Assembly: GCA_026023565.1 (NCBI GenBank)
Contig: JAPETS010000013.1
Coordinates: forward strand, 62,001 to 126,000
Length of the DNA stretch: 64,000 nt
DNA from: Cirrosporium novae-zelandiae
Taxonomy: Eukaryota
Reading direction: 5' to 3'
Shown here piece by piece: positions 63,619 to 64,000 of the stretch (positions are counted from its first letter, which is position 1; each line of letters starts with the position of its first letter). The position numbers and the translations under genes are program-made. The notes under the pieces were generated by a model. The model was not told where the DNA came from, made no database searches, and saw only the letters and a list, made by a program, of their open reading frames with translations.

Positions 63619-64000
63619 ATGGCTTCACGAAAAACCCAGCAGGAGATGGACAAGACCTTCAAAAAGGTTTCGGAGGGTATCCAGGCCTTTGAAGGAATAT
63701 TCGAGAAGATCCACCAATCTACAAACCAGGCGCAGAAGGACAAGCTGGAAGACAACCTCAAACGAGAGATTAAAAAACTACAACGGCAAAGAGATCAAAT
63801 AAAGACCTGGGCTGCTGGAAATGAGGTCAAAGATAAGAAGCCGCTGATAGAACAGCGGAAAGCAATCGAGACAGTATAGTTCTACATAAAACCCATGAGG
63901 TTGTTGTCTACTAACTATGTTGTCTACATAGTGTATGGAGAAATTTAAGGCGGTGGAAAAGGAAATGAAGACCAAAGCCTACTCGAAAGAAGGGTTATCT
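63619..64000 (+). CDS. NOT3: CCR4-NOT subunit Not3/Not5, 5' part (truncated by the window edge)
   Basis: [20 protein letters not shown]...[23 protein letters not shown]...[28 protein letters not shown]. Confidence 0.93.

Overview
Eukaryotic DNA from a filamentous ascomycete (Pezizomycotina-type). Genes have short spliceosomal introns with CTAAC/CTRAY branch points and are separated by compact spacers or by AT-rich, microsatellite-dense spacers. About 20 genes could be assembled by hand: U1-C (YHC1), ORM1, an RRM plus Air1/2-type zinc-knuckle protein, AP-1 beta, a GFA/CENP-V protein, TRM10, an S10 carboxypeptidase, OXR1, RPC1, AMMECR1, CmkB, an MFS sugar porter, an ankyrin-CorA-like protein, an FHA tail-anchored protein, TOM70, TrpRS, Cyp40/CPR6, a sphingolipid delta-8 desaturase, DTD1 and the 5' part of NOT3. 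Two small spliced genes are absent or incomplete in the ORF track: a 70-aa secreted peptide and a 101-aa DnaJ-type zinc-finger/Gly-rich protein. There is also a RIP-like pseudogene, a TPR remnant and an orphan ORF. The most striking signal is in splicing. The gene for U1-C, the 5' splice-site recognition protein, needs a non-canonical AT-AC intron with U2-type signals plus a 6-nt microexon to encode its conserved N-terminus, which suggests a possible autoregulatory splicing sensor. DTD1 has two in-frame alternative donors directly after its Gly-cisPro motif. No tRNA, rRNA, CRISPR array or intact transposon was recognised. All exon models are manual and were not checked against RNA data or databases.
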